Positions 25,801-36,689 of a stretch of DNA of 64,000 bases are shown here, in pieces. The stretch comes from Macrostomum lignano (lineage: Eukaryota): assembly GCA_002269645.1 (NCBI GenBank), contig NIVC01002352.1:62001-126000 (forward strand), in the 5' to 3' direction. Made by a program: the position numbers and the translations under genes. Position 1 is the first letter of the stretch, and each line of letters opens with the position of its first letter. The notes under the pieces were generated by a model. It was not told where the DNA came from. It worked only from the letters and a program-made list of their open reading frames with translations, and ran no database searches.

Positions 25801-26557
25801 TGCATCTAACCAACTCAGACATTTTGAGATACCCTGCATCTAACCAGCTCAGACATTCTGAGAAACCCTGCATCTAACCAGCTCAGACATTCTGAGATAC
25901 CCATTACCCAGCATCTAGCCAGCAGAAGGCTCAACCAACGACCCCCATACAAGCCATTTCACACTAAGTTCCAATCCTGTAACTGCCGATCTCCGCCTCA
26001 ATTCTCTGCCCCGCCTCCGACTCAACGCAGCGTCCGCCTCAACCGAAAGGGACTCCACTGAGAAGCCAACAGGCAAAGGCGATGAAGGCCACCACGCTGT
26101 CATCCTAGGGACGCTGGGCGGCATCATTATTGTCGCTGTCCTGCTGAGCCTAGTCTGCCATATTCGTCGGATTCGCCGTCACCGAAGGCGTCAGGAGCAG
26201 GGACAGCGCGACGACGCCGCCTGCGGCACCCCGACATCCGAGCCGGCCAACGGATCCGTCCGGCTGCTGTCCGAGACGAAGCTCTGGCGACAGTCGCCGT
26301 CGTCAATGCCGCTGACGGCCACACAGTCGCTACGTCGGCTCCAGCAGACGACTGCTGTACCCCTGCTGCAGCTGGAAGCTACCGGGCCGCTGTTCCCTGT
26401 GCCGCCGCCACCGCCGCCGCCGCCGGGGCTCCTGTTCCAGCCGGAGCCGGGCAGTCTGGCCTACCTTGACCCGGGCTCGCTGACGAACAACCTGACGGCC
26501 AGGCAGCAGCATCAGATTTGGCGGCCGGCATCAGTGAAAAGAGTTTTTCAAGCATGA
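16840..26557 (+). CDS. NETO: Neuropilin-and-tolloid-like (NETO/SOL-2 type) CUB-CUB-LDLa-TM protein; exons 16840..16915, 17726..17863, 18449..18790, 21207..21352, 21675..21915, 23806..23949, 25923..26557 (possible ATG at 16762)
   Basis: All junctions are GT/AG with matching phases (1,1,1,0,1,1). CUB1: [16 protein letters not shown]...[18 protein letters not shown]...[13 protein letters not shown]2: AVECTADF...[11 protein letters not shown]. LDLa: [35 protein letters not shown]: [21 protein letters not shown] followed by an Arg-rich stop-transfer. The Pro-rich tail ends RVFQA*. Confidence 0.88.
16951..17635. repeat. 16-bp minisatellite AAACCCGAAATATCAC (about 38 copies) closed by a 31-bp inverted copy
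   Basis: 17604..17634 is the reverse complement of 17544..17574 at 30/31 positions. Confidence 0.93.
18005..18375. repeat. Degenerate ATGACCCC(AT)A minisatellite in NETO intron 2
   Basis: Direct inspection. Confidence 0.85.
18803..19290. repeat. 20-bp G-rich minisatellite GCTGGGGGTGCTGTGGTCTA
   Basis: Starts about 12 nt after the donor at 18791. Confidence 0.96.
19297..19730. repeat. 22-bp minisatellite GCAGATCTAGCTGAGTGTAAGT, about 19 near-perfect copies
   Basis: Directly abuts the previous array. Confidence 0.96.
20157..21125. repeat. 20-bp minisatellite GGGATCTGAACTGTCAGAGT with variants
   Basis: Direct inspection. Confidence 0.96.
21360..21592. repeat. 30-bp minisatellite in NETO intron 4
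   Basis: Unit GCAGTCTTGCTCATGAGGTTCTGTTCTCAT, about 7-8 copies. Confidence 0.94.
21927..22520. repeat. G-rich degenerate minisatellite (GGGGAATTGGAAATGGGATT)
   Basis: Starts about 10 nt after the donor at 21916. Confidence 0.9.
23168..23690. repeat. 21-bp minisatellite TGTGTCACATGTGAAGGAACT
   Basis: Most units contain the palindrome TCACATGTGA. Confidence 0.95.
24048..24275. repeat. G-rich degenerate repeat (GGGGTGGTGGGGTGGCTG...)
   Basis: Direct inspection. Confidence 0.8.
24449..24915. repeat. 34-bp AT-rich minisatellite, about 13 copies
   Basis: Unit AATTTAATTTCTTAGAAAAATGCATGCTAGACCG. Confidence 0.96.
25487..25900. repeat. 34-bp minisatellite, about 12 copies, ending just before the last NETO acceptor
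   Basis: Unit AGATACCCTGCATCTAACCAGCTCAGACATTCTG. Confidence 0.96.
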
Positions 26558-26699
26558 TGGACTATCGAACCAGCTTCTCCATGTCAAGCGCTTTTAGCCT
26601 TCTGGAATAAAGGCAGTCGTTTAATTAGTTTTTTTTATTTATAATCTTCACGATTATACATGTAGCTCGTAATAATTGCGTGGTATTAATTGGGTCTAC

Positions 26700-27351
26700 G
26701 ACAATTCACTGTCAACAATTGACTGCATCGAATTGACTGCCAGTGCCGGACCTAATACCCTAACCTAAACGCTAACCTAAACTCTAATCCTAACTTAACT
26801 TAAACCCTATCCTAAACTTCAATGCCTGAAGCCAACTCTAAATTCTATCGTTAATTCCTGACCCCAATCTAAACTCTCACCTAATCTCTACCAAAACCCC
26901 TAACCTAAACCCTAGCCTAAAACCTAACCTAAACCCTAACCTAAACCCTATCTTAAACTATAATGCCTGAAGCCAACTCTAAATTCTATCGTTAATTCCT
27001 GACCCCAATCTAAACTCTCACCTAATCTCTACCAAAACCCCTAACCTAAACCCTAGCCTAAAACCTAACCTAAACCCTAACCTAAACCCTAACCTAAACC
27101 CTATCTTAAACTATAATGCCTGAAGCCAACTCTAAATTCTATCGTTAATTCCTGAACCCCAATCTAAACTCTCACCTAATCTCTACCAAAACCCCTAACC
27201 TAAACCCTAACCCGAACCCTACCTAAACCGTAACCTAAACCCTAACCCTAATCCTACCTAAACCCTAGCCTAAACCCTACCTAAAACCTACCTAAACCCT
27301 AACCTAAACCCTAGCCTAAACCCTAACCTAAATCGCCGACAGTCAATTGTT
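26700..27351. mobile_element. Putative non-autonomous TIR element carrying a telomere-like (CCCTAACCTAAA) array
   Basis: AACAATTGACTG (26714-26725) and CAGTCAATTGTT (27340-27351) are exact inverted repeats. Additional direct copies ACAATTCACTG and GAATTGACTG sit at the left end. The interior is degenerate CCCTAA-type repeat with a ~130-bp internal duplication. Confidence 0.5.
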
Positions 27352-27914
27352 CCGCTTTACTTGGTTGCATATTCCATAGGCAAGTCTAATTGAGTTACCC
27401 TGACATTGCTTATCGCTTGTTTATTTCGTTTCACAAAAATCGTGAAGTTTCGAGCTTGTAAAAAAAGCGATCAGTTCAGCAGACCTGCCTCAGTTTTGGC
27501 TGCTTGAAGTCCCGTCGTTCTTATTTAAACGTATGGATTGAGGCGTGGGGTTGATGCCTGGGGCAATTCAGTGTACATTTAGAGTCTATATATGTACATT
27601 TAGGGGTAGAGAGAGTGTGCAGATGAATATCGATCGTGTGTGTACATTGACTTTCATGGGAGGGAGTTGGGTGGGGCTTTGACCTAGCCACAGAGATACT
27701 ATTGCAATAGAATAACTAAATGGACCAGTCAGCACATTTGCGTATAAGCTACTTTCAGTTCAGTAGTAAGTTTGTATTAGAAATGCATTCACCGTGACTA
27801 AACAAGTTTTGTGCGGCAGTCAGGCAATCACTCTGTCGGTCTCCGCGCGTGTTGTGCAGCCTCTTGTAGCTCTACGTCGCGGCCAGTCCAAGATGTTGTT
27901 CAGAGTTGTTCCGT

Positions 27915-29857
27915 TGATCAAATGACCGAACAAATGGCCGAACAAATGACCGAACAAATAACTTGAGCAAATGAACGAGCAAATGACCGAGCAAATGACC
28001 GAGCAAATGACCGAGCAAATGACCGAGAAAAATGACCGAGCAAATAACCGAGCAAATGACCGAGCAAATGACCGAGCAAATGACCGAGCAAATGATCGAG
28101 CAAATGACCGAGAAAAATGACCGAGCAAATGACCGAGCAAATGACCGAGCAAATGACCGAGAAAAATGACCGAGAAAAATGAGCGAACAAATGACCGAGC
28201 AAATGACCGAGCAAATGACCGAGCAAATGACCGAGCAAATGACCGAGAAAAATGACCGAGAAAAATGAGCGAACAAATGACCGAGCAAATGACCGAGCAA
28301 ATGACCGAGCAAATGACCGAGAAAAATGACCGAGAAAAATGAGCGAACAAATGACCGAGCAAATGACCGAGCAAATGACCGAGCAAATGACCGAGCAAAT
28401 GACCGAGAAAAATGACCGAGAAAAATGAGCGAACAAATGACCGAGCAAATGACCGAGCAAATGACCGAGCAAATGACCGAGAAAAATGACCGAGAAAAAT
28501 GAGCGAACAAATGACCGAGCAAATGACCGAGCAAATGACCGAGCAAATGACCGAGAAAAATGACCGAGAAAAATGAGCGAACAAATGACCGAGCAAATGA
28601 CCGAGCAAATGACCGAGCAAATGACCGAGCAAATGACCGAGAAAAATGACCGAGAAAAATGAGCGAACAAATGACCGAGCAAATGACCGAGCAAATGACC
28701 GAGCAAATGACCGAGCAAATGACCGAGAAAAATGAGCGAGAAAAATGAGCGAACAAATGACCGAGCAAATGACCGAGCAAATGACCGAGCAAATGACCGA
28801 GCAAATGACCGAGCAAATGATCGAGCAAATGACCGAGAAAAATGACCGAGCAAATGACCGAGCAAATAACCGAGAAAATGACCGAGCAAATGACCGAGCA
28901 AATGACCGAGCAAATGACCGAGCAAATGACCGAGCAAATGACCGAGAAAAATGACCGAGAAAAATGAGCGAACAAATGACCGAGCAAATGACCGAGCAAA
29001 TGACCGAGCAAATGACCGAGCAAATGACCGAGCAAATGACCGAGCAAATGACCGAGCAAATGACCGAGCAAATGACCGAGCAAATGATCGAGAAAAATGA
29101 CCGAGAAAAATGAGCGAACAAATGACCGAGCAAATGACCGAGCAAATGACCGAGCAAATGACCGAGCAAATGACCGAGAAAAATGACCGAGAAAAATGAG
29201 CGAACAAATGACCGAGCAAATGACCGAGCAAATGACCGAGCAAATGACCGAGAAAAATGACCGAGAAAAATGAGCGAACAAATGACCGAGCAAATGACCG
29301 AGCAAATGACCGAGCAAATGACCGAGCAAATGACCGAGAAAAATGACCGAGAAAAATGAGCGAACAAATGACCGAGCAAATGACCGAGCAAATGACCGAG
29401 CAAATGACCGAGCAAATGACCGAGAAAAATGACCGAGAAAAATGAGCGAACAAATGACCGAGCAAATGACCGAGCAAATGACCGAGCAAATGACCGAGCA
29501 AATGACCGAGAAAAATGACCGAGAAAAATGAGCGAACAAATGACCGAGCAAATGACCGAGCAAATGACCGAGCAAATGACCGAGCAAATGACCGAGAAAA
29601 ATGACCGAGAAAAATGAGCGAACAAATGACCGAGCAAATGACCGAGCAAATGACCGAGCAAATGACCGAGCAAATGACCGAGAAAAATGACCGAGAAAAA
29701 TGAGCGAACAAATGACCGAGCAAATGACCGAGCAAATGACCGAGCAAATGACCGAGCAAATGACCGAGAAAAATGAGCGAGAAAAATGAGCGAACAAATG
29801 ACCGAGCAAATGACCGAGAAAAATGACCGAGAAAAATGAGCGAACAAATGACCGAAT
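27915..29857. repeat. 12/13-bp minisatellite AAATGACCGAGC with higher-order structure, about 1.9 kb
   Basis: Blocks of 3-5 standard units followed by AAATGACCGAGA, AAAATGACCGAGA and AAAATGAGCGAAC recur about 20 times. The three 650-675 aa minus-strand ORFs are artefacts. Confidence 0.96.
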
Positions 29858-30187
29858 GATCAAACAGCAAGCACTAGGAGATCCAAGTCTAACCAGACAA
29901 ACTGCTAATTTTAAAGCAGACCATCAGCGCAAAAAAATACGATTCTATTCCAGTATAAGCTGCGATATGCAAGTGGCAAGAGTAGTTTCCAAACGATTAA
30001 ATTTGGCACTTCTTTGTCTATGACTGAAACTGTGCAAAATTATTTTAAGTCCGAATGTCGCCCGCGTCGACTGGATAAACATCGTTAGCTGCTTTTTGCA
30101 TAATATCGTCGGAGGCCATAATTTTATATGCTTCTGTCAGTAGCATTCCGGTCATTTCAGGCTTAAAAAAGTCTAAGAAACCATTGA

Positions 30188-32484
30188 ATGGCAGCAGGTA
30201 ACAGCCAAGTTACAAATCTGTTTAATACATGTTTTACTGAGTTTCATGTCACTAATGAAACTTGCCATTGCAGAGCCCAACAAGCTGAAGAATGCCAACG
30301 TCCTCTTTGTGTTGGGTGAGTTGTGCTACCAATGCATGCGAGGTAGTGAGTCCAATATGCATGATGTCAGACTAGAGCTTCAGGCAGTTAGGCTACAGGC
30401 AGTTAGGCTACAGGCAGTTAGGCTACAGGCAGTTAGGCTACAGGCAGTTAGGCTACAGGCAGTTAGGCTACAGGCAGTTAGGCTACAGGCAGTTAGGCTA
30501 CAGGCAGTTAGGCTACAGGCAGTTAGGCTACAGGCAGTTAGGCTACAGGCAGTTAGGCTACAGGCAGTTAGGCTACAGGCAGTTAGGCTACAGGCAGTTA
30601 GGCTACAGGCAGTTAGGCTACAGGCAGTTAGGCTACAGGCAGTTAGGCTACAGGCAGTTAGGCTACAGGCAGTTAGGCTACAGGCAGTTAGGCTACAGGC
30701 AGTTAGGCTACAGGCAGTTAGGCTACAGGCAGTTAGGCTACAGGCAGTTAGGCTACAGGCAGTTAGGCTACAGGCAGTTAGGCTACAGGCAGTTAGGCTA
30801 CAGGCAGTTAGGCTACAAACAGCTAGGGCTCAGGTAAATGAGGCTCATGAACTCCAGGCGGACCGGGCAGCGGCAAGGGCACCCAGTGCGAGAAGATCAC
30901 GGCCACGTACGGCCTGACTCACCTGTCAACCGGCGATCTGCTCCGCGCGGCGGCCACAGCTGGCGCCACCGAACGGGACAAGATGCTTCGAGCAGCGATG
31001 GAGCGGGGTGAACTCGTGCCCCTCGAAGTGGTGCTCGACCTGCTGCGCTCGGCGATGCTGGCGGCGCCCCCCGGCAGCCCCGGCTTCCTCGTTGACGGCT
31101 ACCCGCGCGAGCTCGACCAGGCGGTGCGGTTCGAGGCCGACCTGGCGCCCTGCCGGTCCGTCCTGTTCTTCAACCTGGACGAGGCCGCCATGAAGCTGCG
31201 GCTACTGAAGCGCGGCGAAACCAGCGGCAGGGTGGACGACAACGAGGCCACCATTGTGAAGCGCTTCCAGACCTTCCAGAAGCTCACCAGGCCCGTGGTG
31301 GAGCACTACGAGAAGCAGGGGAAAGTTGTCAAGGTGCGAAAATAATTGGGGTGTGGGATTCTGATTGGGGTGTGGGATTCTGATTGTGGTGTGGGATTCT
31401 GATTGGGGTGTGAGATTCTGATTGTGGTGTGGGATTCTGATTGGTTGAGGTGTGGGATTCTGATTGGTTGAGGTGTGGGATTCTGATTGGTGTGTGGGAT
31501 TCTGATTGGGGTGTGGGATTCTGATTGAGGTGTGGGATTCTTATTGGAGTGTGGGATTCTGATTGGGGTGTGGGATTCTGATTGTGGTGTGGGATTCTTA
31601 TTGGGGTGTAGGATTCTGATTGTGGTGTGGAATTCTGATTGGAGTGTTGGATTCTGATTGGTTGAGGTGTGGGATTCTGATTGGAGTGTTGGATTCTGAT
31701 TGGTTGAGGTGTGGGATTCTGATTGGGGTGTGGGATTCTGATTGGAGTGTGGGATTCAGATTGGGGTGTGGGATTCTGATTGGGGTGTGGGATTCTGATT
31801 GTGGTGTGGGATTCTGATTGTGGTGTGGGATTCTGATTGTGGTGTGGGATTCTGATTGGAGTGTGGAATTCTGATTGTGGTGTGAGATTCTGATTGGAGT
31901 GTGGGATTCTGATTGGGGTGTGGGATTCTGATTGTGGTGTGGGATTCTGATTGTGGTGTGGGATTCTGATTGGGGTGTGGGATTCTGATTGGGGTGTGGG
32001 ATTCTGATTGGGGTGTGGGATTCTGATTGAGGTGTGGGATTCTTATTGGGGTGTGGGATTCTGATTGGTTGAGGTGTGGGATTCTTATTGGGGTGTGGGA
32101 TTCTGATTGGGGTGTGGGATTCTGATTGGGGTGTGGGATTCTGATTGGGGTGTGGGATTCTGATTGGGGTGTGAGATTCTGATTGGGGTGTGGGGTTCTG
32201 ATTGGGGTGTGGGATTCTGATTGGGGTGTGAGATTCTGATTGGAGTGTGGAATTCTGATTGGGGTGTGGGATTCTGATTGAAGTTTGGGATTCTGATTGG
32301 GGTGTGGGATTCTGCATGAAAAGTACTTCACTGGAACTCCAGCACGGTGCTTAAACTCTACCTTGAGGTCACCTGTGCTCACCCGTTCCAGATCGATGCC
32401 TCCGGCTCAGTTGACGAGGTGTTCCAGCTGTTGCAGAAGAGCCTGCAGAAACTGGGCTTCAAGCCTGTTAAGAATTTGAAATAG
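30188..32484 (+). CDS. AK1: Adenylate kinase (AK1-type, short LID), 206 aa; exons 30188..30197, 30274..30315, 30858..31333, 32392..32484
   Basis: [28 protein letters not shown] (P-loop), HLSTGDLLR, GFLVDGYPRE, KRGETSGRVDDNE...KRF, IDASGSVDEVF. Junction phases 1,1,0 are consistent. AATAAA near 32575. Confidence 0.95.
30378..30822. repeat. 15-bp perfect minisatellite CAGGCAGTTAGGCTA, about 29 copies, in AK intron 2
   Basis: Direct inspection. Confidence 0.97.
31345..32315. repeat. 19/20-bp G-rich minisatellite GGGGTGTGGGATTCTGATT in AK intron 3
   Basis: Starts about 12 nt after the donor at 31334. Confidence 0.96.
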
Positions 32485-33086
32485 TGGAACAAACAAGTCC
32501 AAAAGTTGAGTTCTACTTTGGGCTCGAGTTGACTTATGAAGCCAAATGTGACAGCTTGTTGAACCAACCAGAAAAATAAACTCGACTTAAATACTCGATA
32601 ATTTTCAGTTTATACTGACAATCTGTGCTTTGATGACTTTAAAACTTGTGAGTTTTTGCATCAGGGGTTAAGTGTTTGAGGAGTCCGATTTAACACTACT
32701 TACTTTGTAAGTAGTATAAATCATGGTCCATGTAGGTTTTGTCTTTTTGTCTGCTAGAATTACTGACTGAGAAGTCTATTAAAAGAAGTATTGTTTTAAT
32801 TCAGCAAAGTCCTTTTGTCTATGTCCCAATCAGCCCAAAAAACCTTAAATGTCTGTTGAATAAATAAACAGCAGACTATTATCGTTAGCAGCTGTGCTCA
32901 AACTGTGGGAATTCTGTCGGTTCGCAGTCCTTCAAACAGTAAAGGTCATCAGAGGGTGTCATGACCTGAAGCGTCTAGCCCTGCGGCCCGCGGTGAGTGC
33001 AGAAGTCGCTGGCATTGCGGTATCTGAAAACGATTTTTGCCTGCCTTTGATGTTCAGAAGTTCTTGGTTTTGCACCTTGTTGAGGG

Positions 33087-33870
33087 TGCAGGTTTAGGGT
33101 TCAGGTTTAGGGTTCAGGTTTAGGGTTCAGGTTTAGGGTTCAGGTTTAGGGTTCAGGTTTAGAGTTCAGGTTTAGCCTTAGGGACCAGGTTTAGGGTTCA
33201 GGTTTAGGGTTCAGGTTTAGGGTTCAGGTTTAGGGTTCAGGTTTAGGGTTCAGGTTTAGAGTTCAGGTTTAGGGACCAGGTTTAGGGTTCAGGTTTAGGG
33301 TTCAGGTTTAGAGTTCAGGTTTAGGGTTCAGGTTTAGGGACCAGGTTTAGGGTTCAGGTTTAGGGTTCAGGTTTAGGGACCAGGTTTAGGTTCAGGTTTA
33401 GGGTTCAGGTTTAGGGTTCAGGTTTAGGGTTCAGGTTTAGGGACCAGGTTTAGGGTTCAGGTTTAGGGTTCAGGTTTAGGTTTCAGGTTTAGGGTTCAGG
33501 TTTAGGGTTTAGGTTTAGGGTTCAGGTTTAGGGTTCCGGTTTAGGGATGTTCAGGGATTTTCATATTTTAGCGACCGGGTTTAGAGTTCAGGTTTAGGGA
33601 TAATAGGGACCAGGTTTAAGAGCCAGGTTTTGGGGTTCAGGTTTAGGGACAAGATTTAGTGTTCAGGTTTTAGAGTTCATGTTTAGAGTTTAGGTTTAGG
33701 GTTTAGGTTTAGGGTTCAGGTTTAGGGTTCAGGTTTAGGGCTCAGGTTTAGGAAGTTAGGGTTCAGGTTTAGGGTTCAGGTTTAGGTGTTAAGCTTTGGG
33801 TTAAAGTTTAAAGGTTAAATGCTTAACCTTTAAATGCTTAAGGTTAAAGGTTTAGGGTTAAAGATTTAGG
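33087..33870. repeat. Telomere-like 13-bp repeat GGTTTAGGGTTCA, degenerating rightwards
   Basis: Contains a TTAGGG core in most units. Lies between the two AK genes. Confidence 0.93.
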
Positions 33871-34019
33871 TTAAGAAGTTCCCAAAGTGTCAGGTTTGCA
33901 GAGCTGGCCGTGACATCGCATCGCATTAATTTCAGGTGTGGCCACGTCAAGCTCCAGCCAATCTTTTTTCGCCTGCTTGCGTTGGCTAGCGAGCCAACGT
34001 TGCTCAAAGCTCAGTTGCT

Positions 34020-36467
34020 ATGGCGGAAAGTGAGTGATGAATTTGTTTGAACTTTTTTGAAGTGACGAAGCAAAAGAAACTAATGTACTAAATCAATTTT
34101 TTCAGACGGTGACCTTAAATCTGCCAGAGTGATTTTCATAATGGGTGAGAATTAATCATTGATGTTTAATAGCAATTCCCCACTGAGCAATTCCCCACTG
34201 AGAAATTCCTCGTTGATAAATTCCCCATTAAGCAATTCCCCACTGAGAAATACCCCACTGAGAAATACCCCACTGAGAAATTCCCCATTAAGCAATTCCC
34301 CACTGAGCAATTCCCCACTGAGCAATTCCCCGTTGAGCAATTCCCCATCAATCAATTCCCCACTGAGAAATACCCCACTCAGAAATTCCCCATTAAGCAA
34401 TTCCCCATTAAGCAATTCCCACTGAGCAATTCCCCGTTGAGCAATTCCCCGTTGAGCAATGCCCCGTTGAGAAATTCCCCATTAAGCAATTCCCCATTAA
34501 GCAATTCCCCACTGAGAAATTCCCCACTCAGAAATTCCCCATTCAGAAATTCCCCATTAAGCTATTCCCCACTGAGCAATTTCCCATGTACCAATTCCCT
34601 GACTGGCGTCCAGGAGGCCCGGGCAGCGGCAAGGCCACCCAGTGCGAGAGGCTGGTGTCCACCTACGGCCTGACGCACCTGTCCACCGGCGAACTGCTTC
34701 GCACCGAGATCGCCCTGGGCGCCGGCTCGGCCTACCGGCTCCGGAGGACTATGCTCAATAACGACCTGGTGCCCGTGGCCGATGTCCTCCGGTTGCTAGG
34801 CAACGCGATGCGAGCCCGCCTGCTAGACAGCCCCGGCTTCCTCATCAACGGCTGCCCGAAGGACCGGGAGCAGGCCATGGCCTTCGAGATGATGCTGGTG
34901 CCCTGCCGGGTGGTCGTGTTCCTCGACGTGCCCGAAGATGTCATGTGGCAGCGGCTGATGCGGCGCGGCAGGCGGACCGATCAAGAGGAAGTTATTCAGA
35001 AAAAGATCAAGACTTTCAGAGAGAAGACCCTGTCGGTGGTGAAGTACTTCGAGAGGCAGGGCAAGCTGGTTCGGGTGAGTTCTTCAGGCTTGCTGCATTC
35101 AATACTCCTCGACTCTGTGCCTACCAACAGGTACTTGGGGGTTGTAGCCTAGTGGTTAGAGCGTCGGACTCACCACTTGAAGGTTGGGGGTTCGATTCCC
35201 GTTCTCACTGAAACAATTTGTGTCCCTAAGCAAGACACTTAACTCTGCATTGCTTCAGTTCACCCAGCTGTAAAATGGGTGCCAGCATTAGCTGGGGTAA
35301 TTGAGGGTGTGTGGCGACCCCCAGTCCCCAGTCCTTGGACGGAACAGCCGTACGCAGCCTTCAGATGCGCCGCGCAATAGCTGCGGCTGAGCTGTCGGTT
35401 GCACATCTGGCCCAAATTGGGCAGGTGTAATCAATTATTATTATTGTTATTATTACTATTGTTATTATTAAGTAATGTGAAAAAATTTAACGCGAATCTT
35501 ACACTCTCCGTGCTTTGGGGGTTGGTCTTTGGTGTTGGAACGGCCCTCATAAATTTCATCGCACCTTCAGGTGGACGGTACAGGCACCGTGTCCGAAGTG
35601 TTTAGCCGGGTTCGCGACGGTCTGATGAACTTTCGGCCAAAGACAGCCAGCAAGCAGGTGAAAAGGCTTTTGCTTTTTTGTTCTTTAAAGTCAGTCCGGC
35701 GACAAGTCGTGACAGTGCGTCATCGACTTCTTTTGATATAATCTCGTAGAGTTCTGTGAATGAAGCGTTGTAAGTCGTACTTGAACTTTAAGCATCTACA
35801 TATCGATCCAGAAACTAAAAAACGCGCTGTCTCACGACGGCCTTTGTACTGCCATTTTCAGCCCGCTAACGCCGCGAGAGGCAAGATGAGCTCCCGGGTG
35901 ATGGCATTCAAGGCCGCGGTAGCGCGGCACCCAGCGGACGGCAAGGCGCACAGAGCCGCTAAGGACGCAGAGATCAAGTCCAACAAAACCAGCGACAGCA
36001 TCCCGTCAAGCCCGACCAAAGGCGTGAAAGCTGGGTCCACTGACTCGTCAAGCCCGTCCCACAAGCACAAGAAGAAGCAGGCCAATCCAGGGCAGAAGCA
36101 TCAAAAGCATCACGGACATCAGAGTCAGCAAAAGTCAGACAGAGACGCCGCGAAGCACAGGGATCAGCCTTCGCCGAGGCATCGTCAAGGCAAGAAAGAG
36201 CACGAGCCAGCAGCAAAGCAGCAGACTCCAGAAAAGCAGCACCATCAAGCAGCAAAGCAGCAGACTCCTGAAAAGCAGCACCATCAAGCAGCAAAGCAGC
36301 AGACTCCAGAAAAGCAGCACCATCAAGCAGCAAAGCAAAAAACTCCCCAAAAGCAGCACCATCAAGCAGCAAAGCAGCAGACTCCCGAAAAGCATCACCA
36401 AACAGCCAAGCCGAATGCTTTCGATAAAAATCATCAGTCTAAAAAGGCTGACCAGCAGAAAATCTGA
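34020..36467 (+). CDS. Adenylate-kinase-like paralog with degenerate active site and basic C-terminal tail, about 400 aa; exons 34020..34029, 34106..34144, 34614..35074, 35571..35657, 35862..36467
   Basis: MAENGDLKSARVIFIMGGPGSGKATQC, HLSTGELLR, GFLINGCPK, RRGRRTDQEE, VDGTGTVSEVF. The first three intron positions and phases match the upstream AK, and intron 1 is 76 nt in both genes. The last exon joins in phase 0 and encodes a Lys/Gln/His-rich tail with AAKQQTPEKQHHQ-type repeats (about 5). Confidence 0.85.
34171..34585. repeat. 15-bp minisatellite CAATTCCCCACTGAG in AK-like intron 2
   Basis: Direct inspection. Confidence 0.93.
35137..35470 (+). mobile_element. tRNA-derived SINE with CORE-like central domain and (ATT)n tail, in AK-like intron 3
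   Basis: Pol III A-box TAGCCTAGTGG (35145-35155) and B-box GGTTCGATTCC (35189-35199). 35218-35279 resembles the MIR CORE segment (...GCAAGACACTTAAC...CAGTT...CTGTAAAATGGG). ATT-rich tail at 35434-35470. Confidence 0.8.
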
Positions 36468-36689
36468 GAAGCCCTCACGCAGCACAACGGGCATTATTAG
36501 CTGAGCTGCCTGCCGTGTTATTTCTGTTGCATTTCTTCCAGAAGAGTAAATACATTTAATGCTTAAAAAGCAGATTTTGCTTTTGTTTGTTTGCGCCAAG
36601 GACGCAATTTATGAACTTTTCTCTGCCAGTGATGAATTGTATTACATTGAAGTTACTTCCGTGTCCATGTCGCTTAGCCTGTGATGCGG

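Noticed and set aside
19297-25900. Regularly spaced 22-34 bp repeats resembling CRISPR arrays
   Set aside because: The units are head-to-tail with no unique spacers, there are no cas genes, and the context is eukaryotic introns.
26755-33870. True telomere or chromosome-fusion site
   Set aside because: The tracts are degenerate 12/13-mers rather than pure TTAGGG, lie about 6 kb apart, and have an intact gene between them.
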